A DNA stretch of 62,446 bases, the filler included, from Stramenopiles sp. TOSAG23-6 (Eukaryota): the NCBI GenBank assembly GCA_900128565.1. It is 13 parts of 13 records of this genome, joined end to end, with 100 filler letters (N's around TTAATTAATTAA, not from the genome) between each part and the next. Parts side by side here need not be neighbours in the genome. Positions count along the whole stretch, not along the records: positions 43,360 to 48,059 come from LT637079.1; positions 48,160 to 52,856 come from LT637080.1; positions 52,957 to 57,652 come from LT637081.1; positions 57,753 to 62,446 come from LT637082.1; 9 more parts are not named here. One strand, 5' to 3'. The notes under the pieces were generated by a model. It saw only the letters and a list, made by a program, of their open reading frames with translations. It ran no database searches and had not been told where the DNA came from. Below, in pieces: positions 46,301 through 58,602 of this stretch (position 1 is the stretch's first letter; every line of letters starts with the position of its first letter). The translations under genes were made by a program, and so were the position numbers.

Positions 46301-48059
46301 TGAGAATTCATCACTAAGTAGAGAAAGTAGTATGTTTTCATTATGAATTTCAAATTTTTTTTTTTTTTTTTTTTTGGTTTTTTTTTATAAAAATTTTGTA
46401 CCTAACAAAATTTTCAAAAATATTTTTTTTTACAATACATGTGAAAGGTCATTTTCAAGTAAAAGTAGTATCGAGGATGATATCAGTGATCTGAGTAATG
46501 GTAGTATTGATGATGAATTAATGAGTTTCACAAATGTTATAGTACAAAATGAGTGCATACAAAATGAAAATGAGAATAAAAAACAAAAAAATCAAAAAAA
46601 ACAAAAAAATCAAAAAAAACAAAAAACACGAAAAAATCAAAAAACACGAAATATTTTCAAGCGTCGACAAACAATTTTTATTGAAAAGAACTTATCAATG
46701 TTACAATTAGAAATAGAGACAAAACAATCTCAAATATTGTTTGAAATTAATGAAATGAAAAAAAACTGTACCATTTTATTACAACATTCAAAAAATGATG
46801 AGAAAAAAACAAAATGGACGAATAACCCTAACCCTAGCCAAAATAATCCATTTGAGCAATCTATGAAGACATCTCATTCTGTTTCTGTTGTGACTCTTCC
46901 AAATAGTATGACTACACGAAATACTACTAATACTACTACTAATAATACTAATAATAATACTAATAATAATACTACTACTACTAATAATAATAATAATACT
47001 AATAATAATACATTTGTAGATCAAACGACAACAAACACCAATATAGAAAAAACACGAAATATAGAAAAAATACGAAACAGTATTAATGTGTTTTCTATTA
47101 ACAAATTATGGCATTTATTATGGATTACTATTACCGAAGCTAGTCAACAATTACTACACATATGGCCTGTGCATACAGATAACATACTTTCAATGACACG
47201 AAAACCTGAAAAAACAAAAAGTCAAGTATCTCGGAATAGATTACCTTCTAAATGGTTCACAAATGATGAAAATGATGGGGAAGAGAACCCTAACCCTAAC
47301 CCTAACCCTAGTGATGAAAATGAAAATGAAATTTTAAATATTTCAAATCTTGATACGACAGACAATACATCTACCATACATACACAAAACTCGTCCAAAC
47401 CAAAAAGATTAGGGTTAGGGTGTGTACAGAATAATATTGAGTGTTCAGCATCAACAGAAGAAAAAAATTTTGAAAATATTTTTTTTGGAACATCTCCGAC
47501 ATCTCCGACATCTCCAAACTTTAAAAAACCTCCATTAGTTCCGAAAGTAAATACATTATCTTGTTCTTCTATAATAGGGTCAAAAAACAATACTATTTCT
47601 TCATCATCTACGATAGGGTTAGGGTTAAAAAAGGATAATATCGAAAATAGTAAAAATGATATTATTACAATTAACTCATTACAATTATTACTTCCAAAAC
47701 CTCCGACAACAAAAGAATATTATAGTAAGAATGATTCAACTGTAACGAGAAAACATAATGATATTATAAATACTACTACTAATAATAATAATAATAATAA
47801 TGATAATACTACTATTAATAATAATAATAATAATGATACTACTACTACTAATAAAAAAACAATATAAAAATTGGGAAAAATAAAAAAACAATACAAAAAT
47901 TGGGAAAAATAAAAAAACAATATAAAAATTGGGAAAAATAAAAAAATAATGCATGCAAAATTGGGAAAAATAAAAAAACAACGCAAAAATTAGGAAAATT
48001 AAATCAACATTGATATAAATATGGAAGTAATGAACCAATGAAGAAATTTCATTGCTGTG
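43360..48059. repeat. Whole-contig inverted duplication (centre ~45720) of an Asn/Thr-rich gene fragment
   Basis: ORFs 43552..45084/45112..45645 (-) mirror 46374..47867/45813..46346 (+); the arms differ by one 39-nt tandem unit and by homopolymer lengths. Confidence 0.95.
45824..47867 (+). CDS. Low-complexity Asn/Thr/Ser-rich protein, 3' exons (mirrored at 43552-45634)
   Basis: Two exons separated by a family intron (GTATGT ~46329 to AATACAT 46440). Confidence 0.55.
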
Positions 48060-48196
48060 NNNNNNNNNNNNNNNNNNNNNNNNNNNNNNNNNNNNNNNNN
48101 NNNTTAATTAATTAANNNNNNNNNNNNNNNNNNNNNNNNNNNNNNNNNNNNNNNNNNNNAAAAAAAAAAAAAAAAAAAAATCATGATAAAAATGTA

Positions 48197-49400
48197 CATC
48201 TTCTTTCAAAATGTCTAGTGTAAAATTGACAGCATAATTAGCTACTGATTGTTTTCCATAATATAATGCATTAAATTGTGGAAGACCAATTTGAAGGGCC
48301 ACAGCCCAAAATGGAACATATCCAAGATATAATCCATTTTTAACACCAATATACATAAATGATGCAGCAACAATAATGCCAGGAGCTCTACATTTATTTT
48401 TAAAAAATATTTCAAAATGTTGAAATTTGTTAGTCATTTCGTATAAAAAAAAATTGAAAAAAAAATTGAAAAAAAAAATGAAAAAAAAAATTGAAAAAAA
48501 AAATTGAAAAAAAAAATGAAAAAAAAAAATGAAAAAAAAAAAATGAAAAAAAACAATGATTTTAAAAACATACACCAAGTATTAAGATTTGCAGACCATC
48601 TTTTTTCTTGACGTCGACCAAATAATTCACATTTGACTAAACCTAAAAGAAAATAATCCAAACCACCTGGTAATCCACTAATAAAAAATGCTTGCCAATT
48701 CCCAAGAGCTCCAAAATGAAATATTTGTCCAGGTAAGCCAAGGGTTGGAATAAATAAAAAATGATGAAAATAATCTGCTGAATTTAAACCAAAACCTCAT
48801 AAAAAGTAAATTATATATTGTAATACTAAATAGAAACAAATAAATACATTTGGTTGATATAATAATATATATAGTATTGAGATACATGTAATATATTCAA
48901 AATACCAACCATATGATACAGATGAACACTATTTACAATAGTCAGTGGCCAAATTGATTTTTTGAGTACAATATATTACATTCGAAATTGGTTAAAAAAA
49001 TATTGTTAGGTTAGGTACGAAATTTTGTAGGAAAAATAAACACACAATGCATAGATAAAATATAATAGTTTTCTTTCAAATAAACATGTAAAATACATCC
49101 ATTGCCAAACATTGATCGGTCTGAATTAACACTTCCACTCAAAGCATTCACTGGGTCATTTAATATACTACTCATTGAACTCATGGCAGTGAGACAGACA
49201 AGAAGATTTGCAAAAGCATGAACGAAAAACCATCTTCCATTTGACTGATCACGGCTCTTTTTTACGTGACGTTTCACGAATGGTTTTACAATGATGTGGT
49301 CTACAAATAAAAGCAACGCAATCACAGCAATGTTATTTCTTAAATGTTGTAAAAGATAAGTGACTGTCATTGGTTGCTTGAGTGATGCATTCCACGACAT
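48197..49400 (-). CDS. TLC (TRAM/LAG1/CLN8)-like multi-pass membrane protein, multi-exon
   Basis: RWFFVHAFAN, HLYHM, GLPGGLDYFLLGLVK and LNTW|CRAPG (intron 48573-48392 ends in AAT). Confidence 0.7.
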
Positions 49401-49798
49401 CTTTATATATTATTCAAATCAAAGATAATGTTTCACTATTATAATCACCACACAATCCAACTACAAATAAATATTGATTGGATTAGAATATTTATTAGAA
49501 TATTGTGCGAATAATAATAGTATAGATAGTTGCTACTAGCCGCACAATGCGTATATAATACAAGTAAATAGACCTGGGTTGGGTTGGTTGTTGGGTAGCG
49601 GCGGCATCAAGGTCTCAAACTTTGAAACTTGTGTGGCCATGAAAGCGCGGTCAAATGACATCAAGCCCTAACCCTAATTGAACGACTTGATGATAAAAAA
49701 TAATAGTTTTAAAATGGTATAATTATTGTTTATTTATTTGGTTTGAGTCATTTTATTTAATTATTCTTGGTAAATATCGTGTATATTTTATAACTTTT

Positions 49799-50408
49799 TT
49801 ACTTTTTAGATAAATCTGTAAAAGTAATAATTGAACCATTCGATAGCCCAGATTCACTCAATGACGTCATACATGCTTCAGGTGAATCACCAAGAATCTG
49901 TTTATTATTTTCATTAGAATTTGTTGATGTTTCTTCCAAAACAGTTTTATCAGTGATATTGACTTTACTATAACATTGTGGTACAAAAGATGCGATAATA
50001 TTTGTAGTTTGGCCGTTTTTCGTGTTGGGGACAATTCCTAAATTGACTGCACAATTTCTCAACACTTCACCAATTGTACAAGAATTATTGTATGACATGT
50101 TTAATAGTATTTTACTATTTTCTTTTTTTACAATAAGTTGAATCTCATTATTATTATTATTATCAATAGTATTATCAATAGTATTATTAATATTATCAAT
50201 AGTATTATTAATATTATCAATAGTATTATTATCAATAGTATCATTATTATTATCAATAGTATCATTATTATTATCAGTATTATCATTACTATCATTATTA
50301 TTATCAATATTATCATCAATATTATCATTATTATTATCAATAGTATCATTCAAAGTGTTTTTAGTATTACCGAGAGGTTTTCTAAAAACAGCACGAACAA
50401 AAACTCTA
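49799..50408 (-). CDS. Terminal exon with Asn/Asp-rich repeats and ubiquitin-like C-terminus
   Basis: (DNN)n tract; TIGEVL...SLSESGLSNGSII resembles the end of a Ubl/UBX fold. Confidence 0.45.
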
Positions 50409-50486
50409 TTTGCAGTTTTTTTTGTTAGGTACAAAATTTCGTATGAAAAAATTAATAAATTTGAAATTCATGATGAAACAACATAC

Positions 50487-51001
50487 ATTGTTGTTTCTGC
50501 AGCATTTTCTAATGTTTCAGGAGTGATATTAAATGTAATTGGATCAGCACCAGGTTCAGGTCCTTTTCTTTGTTTTGTTTGTACTACGAATTCAACGTCA
50601 CGTTCCAAATTACTTTTAAACGTTCCACGAATACATTCAACTTTGATACCATAACATACAGAAATGTAGACTCCATGGTACGTAGCAAATATATTTTGTC
50701 CTTCAGTTGGTGTTATTGGAAACTCAAATGGAATTTCTGTTTTCCCCCGACCAACTGACCCACTTTCAGCAATCTTTATTTCAAATTTGAGCATTTCTGT
50801 TGGTTTTAACGTTGTATAGAATGACTCTAAGAGACCGACACTTCGAGCACTTAGCTGTAATTTGACCAAACCCCAAACAGAGAGAGTGATTCCACTGTGT
50901 CTGAATCCTTTTGGGCTTTCAATTACAACAGCACCCTTACAATTGTCACCTTCATTATAAATACGATCTGCCCTATCAAGGGAAATATCAATGGTAGACA
51001 T
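50487..51001 (-). CDS. VPS26C: VPS26C/DSCR3 (Retriever subunit), first exon
   Basis: L.R.DRIY..G, H.GI.L, LQLSARSVGLLESFY, TEIPFEFP, TYHGVYISV.Y and F.ITPETLEN. Confidence 0.9.
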
Positions 51002-51269
51002 TATAATCTATTTAGTTGGACTATGCTTGTTTGCTTTATCGATGATCAAAAAAGTATCGAAATCGTTTTCTGAATTTCTGAGTCGGTCAGAATCTGTCAG
51101 TCAGTCAATTTGATTGAGAGATTTTTTTTTTNTGTATGAAAAATTCGTAACAAAAAAACTAGTCAACGATTGCGATGATGTTTTCGAAATTCGAATAGCT
51201 TTTTTGCTTGCAGTCTTTTGTTATTCGGATTTGATTAGATTGAAGACTGTATAAGTGAATTTGTCAATA

Positions 51270-52856
51270 ATGCCAGAAGATAACGCACCGAACGATTTAT
51301 GTTGTCCTCTTACATTACTTTTATTTAAAGATCCAGTTTTTGCAGCGGATGGTAATACGTACGAAAGAGCTGCAATTTTGCAACACTTTTGTACAAAAAA
51401 TACGTCGCCTTTAACAAATGACGTATTGCCTCACACAAATCTTGTGACAAATTTTCACTGTAAATCACTATGTATTCAATGGAAACAAAAGCAAGCTAGA
51501 AAAATAAGTGATATTGAAGCGTTGTTATGGAAATGTTTCCAAGCCAATTTACCAAAAGATATTATTGACCCCATTACAAGAATGATTGAGTTGGTCACAC
51601 AGTCTGATGTTTGCATCCTTCAACCATCACGCCTCAATAAGTTAAAAACAATTATTACTCATACAGAAAGCTTTGGCAATGATGTTGAATCTGTATTTCA
51701 AACACTGACTGAACTATGTAAAGAGAAACATGATCTGGGATTTCAAGAGTTTACAAAGACAAAACAAATGAGAGAGGTAATGGAAGAGTCAATTGCTATT
51801 TTCATTCAACAAGATGAAAAATTAAATGCATTAAAGGAAGCAAAAGATGAAGTTGAAAAGATGAAAAAGCAATTACCAGACGCAACAAAACGACTGCAAG
51901 CTGCTACAGTCAATATGAAAAATATAAAAAGAGCTATTGCAGATGCTGAGAAAAAATATGAAGAAGCTGTGAGAGCTGGAGAAAAAGAGACGGATCGTTT
52001 GAATCAATATAAAATGATTGCAAAATCATTTAAAGAAGAGGAGACAAAACTGTTTGCTGTATTGGAACCACTTGATGATATTATTGATGATGATATTATT
52101 GATGAAAATGAACCACCAGAAGTATCAAATGATAGTAATAGTNAAAAAAAACGAAAATCAAGTTCATCAATGTCTAATAGTGCAGTAAAACGTCAAAAGA
52201 TAGATAATAAAGGTGCACAGAATTTATTTGAACGTGGTCATGCAAAATACTGGGGTACTGAATTTCAGAAAAAGGATAAAGAGAATGGACAACTAATGAT
52301 TGAATCTGCAGCTATTGACGGTTTCCCAATGGCTATTGCAGAATGTACATATGCTGGTTGGAATGGTTATAAAAAGGATGATGAAAAAGCATTTAAAATG
52401 TTTATGGATATTAGTGATTATAGTTATGCTCAAAATAGTCTTGGTTATTGCTATGAAAATGGTCATGGTGTTGCTATAGACAAAAACGAAGCTTTCAAGT
52501 GGTATTCTAAATCTGCAAATGCTGGTAATAGCACTGGACAATTATATATTGGTAATTGCTATTTTCATGGTGATGGTGTTGAAGAAGACAAAATCAAAGC
52601 TTTCGATTGGTTTGATAAATCTGCAAATGCTGGTAATAGTAGTGGACAATTATATATTGGTATTTGTTATTTTAATGGTTGGGGTGTTGATGAAGACAAA
52701 GAAGAAGCTCTCAAGTGTTATTCTACATCTGCGAAAGCTGGTAATAGTCATGCACAAAATCAACTTGGTCTTTGCTATGATAAGGGTCATGGTGTTCCTG
52801 AAGACCAAAAAAAAGCTTTCAAGTGGTTTACTAAATCTGCGAATGCTGGTAATAGT
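51270..52856 (+). CDS. U-box + coiled-coil + Sel1-repeat protein (3' partial)
   Basis: U-box CPLT..LFKDPVFAADGNTYERAAI...SPLTN; Sel1 repeats AQ..LG.CY..G.GV..D...AF.W..KSA.AGN. Confidence 0.88.
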
Positions 52857-53052
52857 NNNNNNNNNNNNNNNNNNNNNNNNNNNNNNNNNNNNNNNNNNNN
52901 TTAATTAATTAANNNNNNNNNNNNNNNNNNNNNNNNNNNNNNNNNNNNNNNNNNNNTTTGGAAAAATATTTCAAAAAATCTAAAAAAAATTGTTAGGTAC
53001 AAAATTTCGTATGAAAAAAAAATTTGAAATTGAAAACAAAAATAAAACATAC

Positions 53053-53964
53053 ATGACCTCCAGATCTGTGTAAAAACGTTAAACTGAAAGCTGTAGTACC
53101 TCTACGGCTCACAGCATCTGCATTTGCACCAGCAGTTAGAAGAATTGTTATAATCTGCTTTTTCTGTGCATTTTCGCAAAGTGACGACGCAGCATGCATT
53201 AACAGTGTCATCTCTGCTGTATCCATCGCATTTACATCAGCACCTTTGTTTAACAAGTATTTGAGTACTTTTGGACTTTCTTCGGAATCACTACTCACTA
53301 CGTCCATAAGAAGTGTCTTCTCTCTGTTATAACGGCTACTTTTCCAGTTGACATTTCCTCCATTTTCGACCAATACTTTAATCATTGGTAAATTGAGTTT
53401 TGTGACAGCTGAGTGCAATGGTATTGTTTTTGAAAAGTTATCAATCGGGTTAATAAAGTTAATTTTCGCGTCTACACCGATATCTCGAGTATTGTTTATG
53501 CGTATCAGCTCCTTTACAAGTTCCAGATTATTATTTATAACAGCATAGAATAATGCAGTCTTCCCCCTTTGGTCAGTCTCTTTGGTATCCAGCCAGTCAG
53601 AATTTCGACCCTGTAGAGTGGCCGCGGCCGCGTTCACTGGAAAGACATCATCTTTAACAGCTTTGAGAAATTCTGCCGCAGTTGACGGTAATTGTTTTTC
53701 TGAACGATGTTTTTTACGCGGTTTTTCTTCAGCTTGTAACATATCAGCAAAAAGAAAATCATGGAGGCTTTCATCATCACTGTCATCATCACTTTCATCA
53801 TTGACGCCTGCACTGTCGTCTTCGTTGGCTTCTTCGCTTGAGTCCCCTGTGAGATCGACTACTTTGGCGTCACCTCGCTTTCGCTTTTCTGCTGCACGTA
53901 ACGAATGGGGCACTGAAGCAGTTGTACATATTAATAATGTGAGAATGATTAGACGTTTCATCAT
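53053..53964 (-). CDS. Secreted ankyrin-repeat protein, first exon (mirror copy 56645-57556 +)
   Basis: Signal peptide, acidic tract, and ankyrin repeats GKTALFYAV, PLHSAV, TLLM and GADVNA. Confidence 0.8.
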
Positions 53965-54277
53965 GTTTTAGTTTGTTTTTCAAAGCGCAAGAACTTTTCT
54001 GCAAGTTTTCTTTCTTTAAAGTTTAAGCGAAAAGAACTGACTACTACGGTGACTTTTGGTCAGCTGCGATGACGCGCAGCAGGACTTAAGTACAAATATT
54101 CGTACTTAAAAAATTAATCAGGAATTAGTCAGGCTGATTTTTTCGTCAGCTTGACACGTAGTGACGACATTTTTGGAAGATTGAAATTTTGAAATTCCTT
54201 GCTGAGCTACCTTTTGGGAAACTTGCGTGCTACAGTAGTAGTAATAAAGTACTCTTTATTACGCTATATACGTGATA

Positions 54278-55208
54278 ATGTCATGGATAAATAAGATGAA
54301 GAGCATGATTCATTATCTGCCATTATCTAAAAGAAAGGTTGGATTTCTTCTTTTTGTCTTACTTATTATATTCATTCTTCGATGGCAAGAGAAAGCTGCA
54401 GCATTGAGAGGAACACGACGTAAGCCTTTATCGAAGTTTAGTGACAAATCTCTCCGCTTACTTTATCTACTCATAATCGCTTCCCCTGCATTATCATTTG
54501 CTCCCAAAATTACTCTTCTTTTTCTTATACCGTATGCGTTTACATTTATTGATGGTTCCGAGAAAAAACTCGGCCGCACAAAATCATGGTACAGCAAGTG
54601 GCAAAGAAATATGCCATTTTTTGCATGGCTATCACGAAGACTCAATTTAAAATTAGTTAGTACGTCAAAGATAGACAAATCAAAGTCTCATATTTTGTGT
54701 CTCCATCCTCATGGAATTTTACCACTTGGTGGAATGGGTAATTTGTTTACTGACTTTTCAAATGTAAAGGAAGTTCTTCAAGGTTTGGAATACCATGCTT
54801 TAGCTGCGTCATTTTGCTTTTACATGCCTGGAATTCGTGATATATATTTGGCTGGTGGAGTTGTTGATGCGTCCCGATATGTTGCTCAGGGTGTATTAGC
54901 TTCTGGGAAATCGCTTGTTCTTGTTCCTGGTGGAGCTTCAGAAGCTCTTTATTCAAAACCAGGTGTACGTTTTTATCATCAATTTTTAATTGTTTTTTGT
55001 ATGAAATTCCGTATTAATATCAAACATTTGTTTTAACAAATTTCAAAAAAAAAAAAAAATATTTTTAACAATATATGCTTCTACTTTAGTATTAAAGAAA
55101 CGATTTGGATTTATTACGTTGGCCATGGAAACGGGCGCTTCACTTGTCCCAGTGTATTCCTTTGGTGAGACGGATACGTATGATACCATTTCTGATACGG
55201 GTGCTTAT
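54278..55208 (+). CDS. DGAT2: Diacylglycerol acyltransferase 2 family (3' partial; mirror copy 55401-56331 -)
   Basis: HPHG, F..PG.RD, VPGGASEAL..KPG|ASTLVLKKRFGF and GASLVPVYSFGE. Intron 54965-55076. Confidence 0.92.
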
Positions 55209-57817
55209 GTACGTTTTCATTTTAAAAAAAAAAAATTCATTTTTTTTTTGTAGTAAATTTTGTACCTAACGATTTTTTTTACAAAAAAAAAAAAAAAAAA
55301 AAAATTTTTTTTTTTTTTTTTTTTTTGTAAAAAAAATCGTTAGGTACAAAATTTACTACAAAAAAAAAATGAATTTTTTTTTTTTAAAATGAAAACGTAC
55401 ATAAGCACCCGTATCAGAAATGGTATCATACGTATCCGTCTCACCAAAGGAATACACTGGGACAAGTGAAGCGCCCGTTTCCATGGCCAACGTAATAAAT
55501 CCAAATCGTTTCTTTAATACTAAAGTAGAAGCATATATTGTTAAAAATATTTTTTTTTTTTTTTGAAATTTGTTAAAACAAATGTTTGATATTAATACGG
55601 AATTTCATACAAAAAACAATTAAAAATTGATGATAAAAACGTACACCTGGTTTTGAATAAAGAGCTTCTGAAGCTCCACCAGGAACAAGAACAAGCGATT
55701 TCCCAGAAGCTAATACACCCTGAGCAACATATCGGGACGCATCAACAACTCCACCAGCCAAATATATATCACGAATTCCAGGCATGTAAAAGCAAAATGA
55801 CGCAGCTAAAGCATGGTATTCCAAACCTTGAAGAACTTCCTTTACATTTGAAAAGTCAGTAAACAAATTACCCATTCCACCAAGTGGTAAAATTCCATGA
55901 GGATGGAGACACAAAATATGAGACTTTGATTTGTCTATCTTTGACGTACTAACTAATTTTAAATTGAGTCTTCGTGATAGCCATGCAAAAAATGGCATAT
56001 TTCTTTGCCACTTGCTGTACCATGATTTTGTGCGGCCGAGTTTTTTCTCGGAACCATCAATAAATGTAAACGCATACGGTATAAGAAAAAGAAGAGTAAT
56101 TTTGGGAGCAAATGATAATGCAGGGGAAGCGATTATGAGTAGATAAAGTAAGCGGAGAGATTTGTCACTAAACTTCGATAAAGGCTTACGTCGTGTTCCT
56201 CTCAATGCTGCAGCTTTCTCTTGCCATCGAAGAATGAATATAATAAGTAAGACAAAAAGAAGAAATCCAACCTTTCTTTTAGATAATGGCAGATAATGAA
56301 TCATGCTCTTCATCTTATTTATCCATGACATTATCACGTATATAGCGTAATAAAGAGTACTTTATTACTACTACTGTAGCACGCAAGTTTCCCAAAAGGT
56401 AGCTCAGCAAGGAATTTCAAAATTTCAATCTTCCAAAAATGTCGTCACTACGTGTCAAGCTGACGAAAAAATCAGCCTGACTAATTCCTGATTAATTTTT
56501 TAAGTACGAATATTTGTACTTAAGTCCTGCTGCGCGTCATCGCAGCTGACCAAAAGTCACCGTAGTAGTCAGTTCTTTTCGCTTAAACTTTAAAGAAAGA
56601 AAACTTGCAGAAAAGTTCTTGCGCTTTGAAAAACAAACTAAAACATGATGAAACGTCTAATCATTCTCACATTATTAATATGTACAACTGCTTCAGTGCC
56701 CCATTCGTTACGTGCAGCAGAAAAGCGAAAGCGAGGTGACGCCAAAGTAGTCGATCTCACAGGGGACTCAAGCGAAGAAGCCAACGAAGACGACAGTGCA
56801 GGCGTCAATGATGAAAGTGATGATGACAGTGATGATGAAAGCCTCCATGATTTTCTTTTTGCTGATATGTTACAAGCTGAAGAAAAACCGCGTAAAAAAC
56901 ATCGTTCAGAAAAACAATTACCGTCAACTGCGGCAGAATTTCTCAAAGCTGTTAAAGATGATGTCTTTCCAGTGAACGCGGCCGCGGCCACTCTACAGGG
57001 TCGAAATTCTGACTGGCTGGATACCAAAGAGACTGACCAAAGGGGGAAGACTGCATTATTCTATGCTGTTATAAATAATAATCTGGAACTTGTAAAGGAG
57101 CTGATACGCATAAACAATACTCGAGATATCGGTGTAGACGCGAAAATTAACTTTATTAACCCGATTGATAACTTTTCAAAAACAATACCATTGCACTCAG
57201 CTGTCACAAAACTCAATTTACCAATGATTAAAGTATTGGTCGAAAATGGAGGAAATGTCAACTGGAAAAGTAGCCGTTATAACAGAGAGAAGACACTTCT
57301 TATGGACGTAGTGAGTAGTGATTCCGAAGAAAGTCCAAAAGTACTCAAATACTTGTTAAACAAAGGTGCTGATGTAAATGCGATGGATACAGCAGAGATG
57401 ACACTGTTAATGCATGCTGCGTCGTCACTTTGCGAAAATGCACAGAAAAAGCAGATTATAACAATTCTTCTAACTGCTGGTGCAAATGCAGATGCTGTGA
57501 GCCGTAGAGGTACTACAGCTTTCAGTTTAACGTTTTTACACAGATCTGGAGGTCATGTATGTTTTATTTTTGTTTTCAATTTCAAATTTTTTTTTCATAC
57601 GAAATTTTGTACCTAACAATTTTTTTTAGATTTTTTGAAATATTTTTCCAAANNNNNNNNNNNNNNNNNNNNNNNNNNNNNNNNNNNNNNNNNNNNTTAA
57701 TTAATTAANNNNNNNNNNNNNNNNNNNNNNNNNNNNNNNNNNNNNNNNNNNNTCATACGAAATTTCGTACCTAACATTTTTTTTTAGATTTTTGTTGAAA
57801 TATTTTTCCACAATACT

Positions 57818-58543
57818 TTAACGTTATTTCAGATTTTGGTATCAAATGGCGAAGTTGATAAATATCAAGCAAATCAAATGCTTTCTCATTATTGCACTAA
57901 TCTCGGTGATTCCATTTCTTTCATGAAAAAATATTGTACTTCAATAAGGGATATACCAAATTCTGAAACATTTTCAATATTTATTGGCTTTGCATCAATA
58001 TATGGTCATATTAAAAATACTAAAAATACTAAAAATACTAAAACTGATAATAATAATTTGTGTGTGGGTAATAATAGCATTGAAGAAATATACAAAATCG
58101 CATCGAAATATTCACAAAGTAATAGTTTAAAAAATACACTTAAAATTGTAAATAAAGAAGAATCTATTCGGATGTCTGTATCAAAATTAAGACAATTTTG
58201 TAAATGGGGCATTGAAGGAGAAGAAGCAGCACAAAAACTGTATGATAGCCTAGTTGAATTCAATATGGTGACAAGTCGCCACCATGAATTGATGATGTTT
58301 CATGATGCATTGAAGCGAGGTCCAGATGGTTTGAAGATCTTATTAAACACTCTCAATCGAAACAATGAAAATGAGCATAGTACGAAGCCTAGAATCTCTT
58401 CAAAGCATAAAATAGATGATGATAAAATAGAAATCTCTTCAAAGCATAAAATAGATGATAAAAAAATAGAAATCTCTCCAGGAGATGATGTAAGAAAAAT
58501 TGACCAAATACCAAATTGGATCTTGGAATGGAATAAAAAATAA
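57818..58543 (+). CDS. Hypothetical protein, last exon
   Basis: Open frame following a family-intron 3' end at the contig start; acceptor position approximate. Confidence 0.45.
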   Translation, partial: LTLFQILVSNGEVDKYQANQMLSHYCTNLGDSISFMKKYCTSIRDIPNSETFSIFIGFASIYGHIKNTKNTKNTKTDNNNLCVGNNSIEEIYKIASKYSQSNSLKNTLKIVNKEESIRMSVSKLRQFCKWGIEGEEAAQKLYDSLVEFNMVTSRHHELMMFHDALKRGPDGLKILLNTLNRNNENEHSTKPRISSKHKIDDDKIEISSKHKIDDKKIEISPGDDVRKIDQIPNWILEWNKK

Positions 58544-58602
58544 ACAGTAAATTTTAAATTTGACAAAATGGTTTTAATTTCTACTCATAAACACCTTTAA
58601 AA

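Larger units (their letters stand above)
52957..57652. repeat. Perfect whole-contig palindrome centred at 55304/55305
   Basis: Mirror ORF coordinates all sum to 110609; the centre is a poly-A/poly-T stretch inside a family intron. Confidence 0.97.

Noticed and set aside
54963-55089. Canonical GT-AG alternative for the DGAT2 intron (CCA G|GT...TTTAG|TA)
   Set aside because: It is in frame but deletes the conserved PGxxxLxL spacing (gives KPVLKKR) and ignores the family GTACGT donor. It is disfavoured but not excluded without cDNA.
52957-57652. Real inverted duplication of the DGAT2 and ankyrin genes
   Set aside because: The arms appear base-identical, both genes are truncated, and the centre is a homopolymer in an intron. 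This is typical of an amplification or assembly fold-back.
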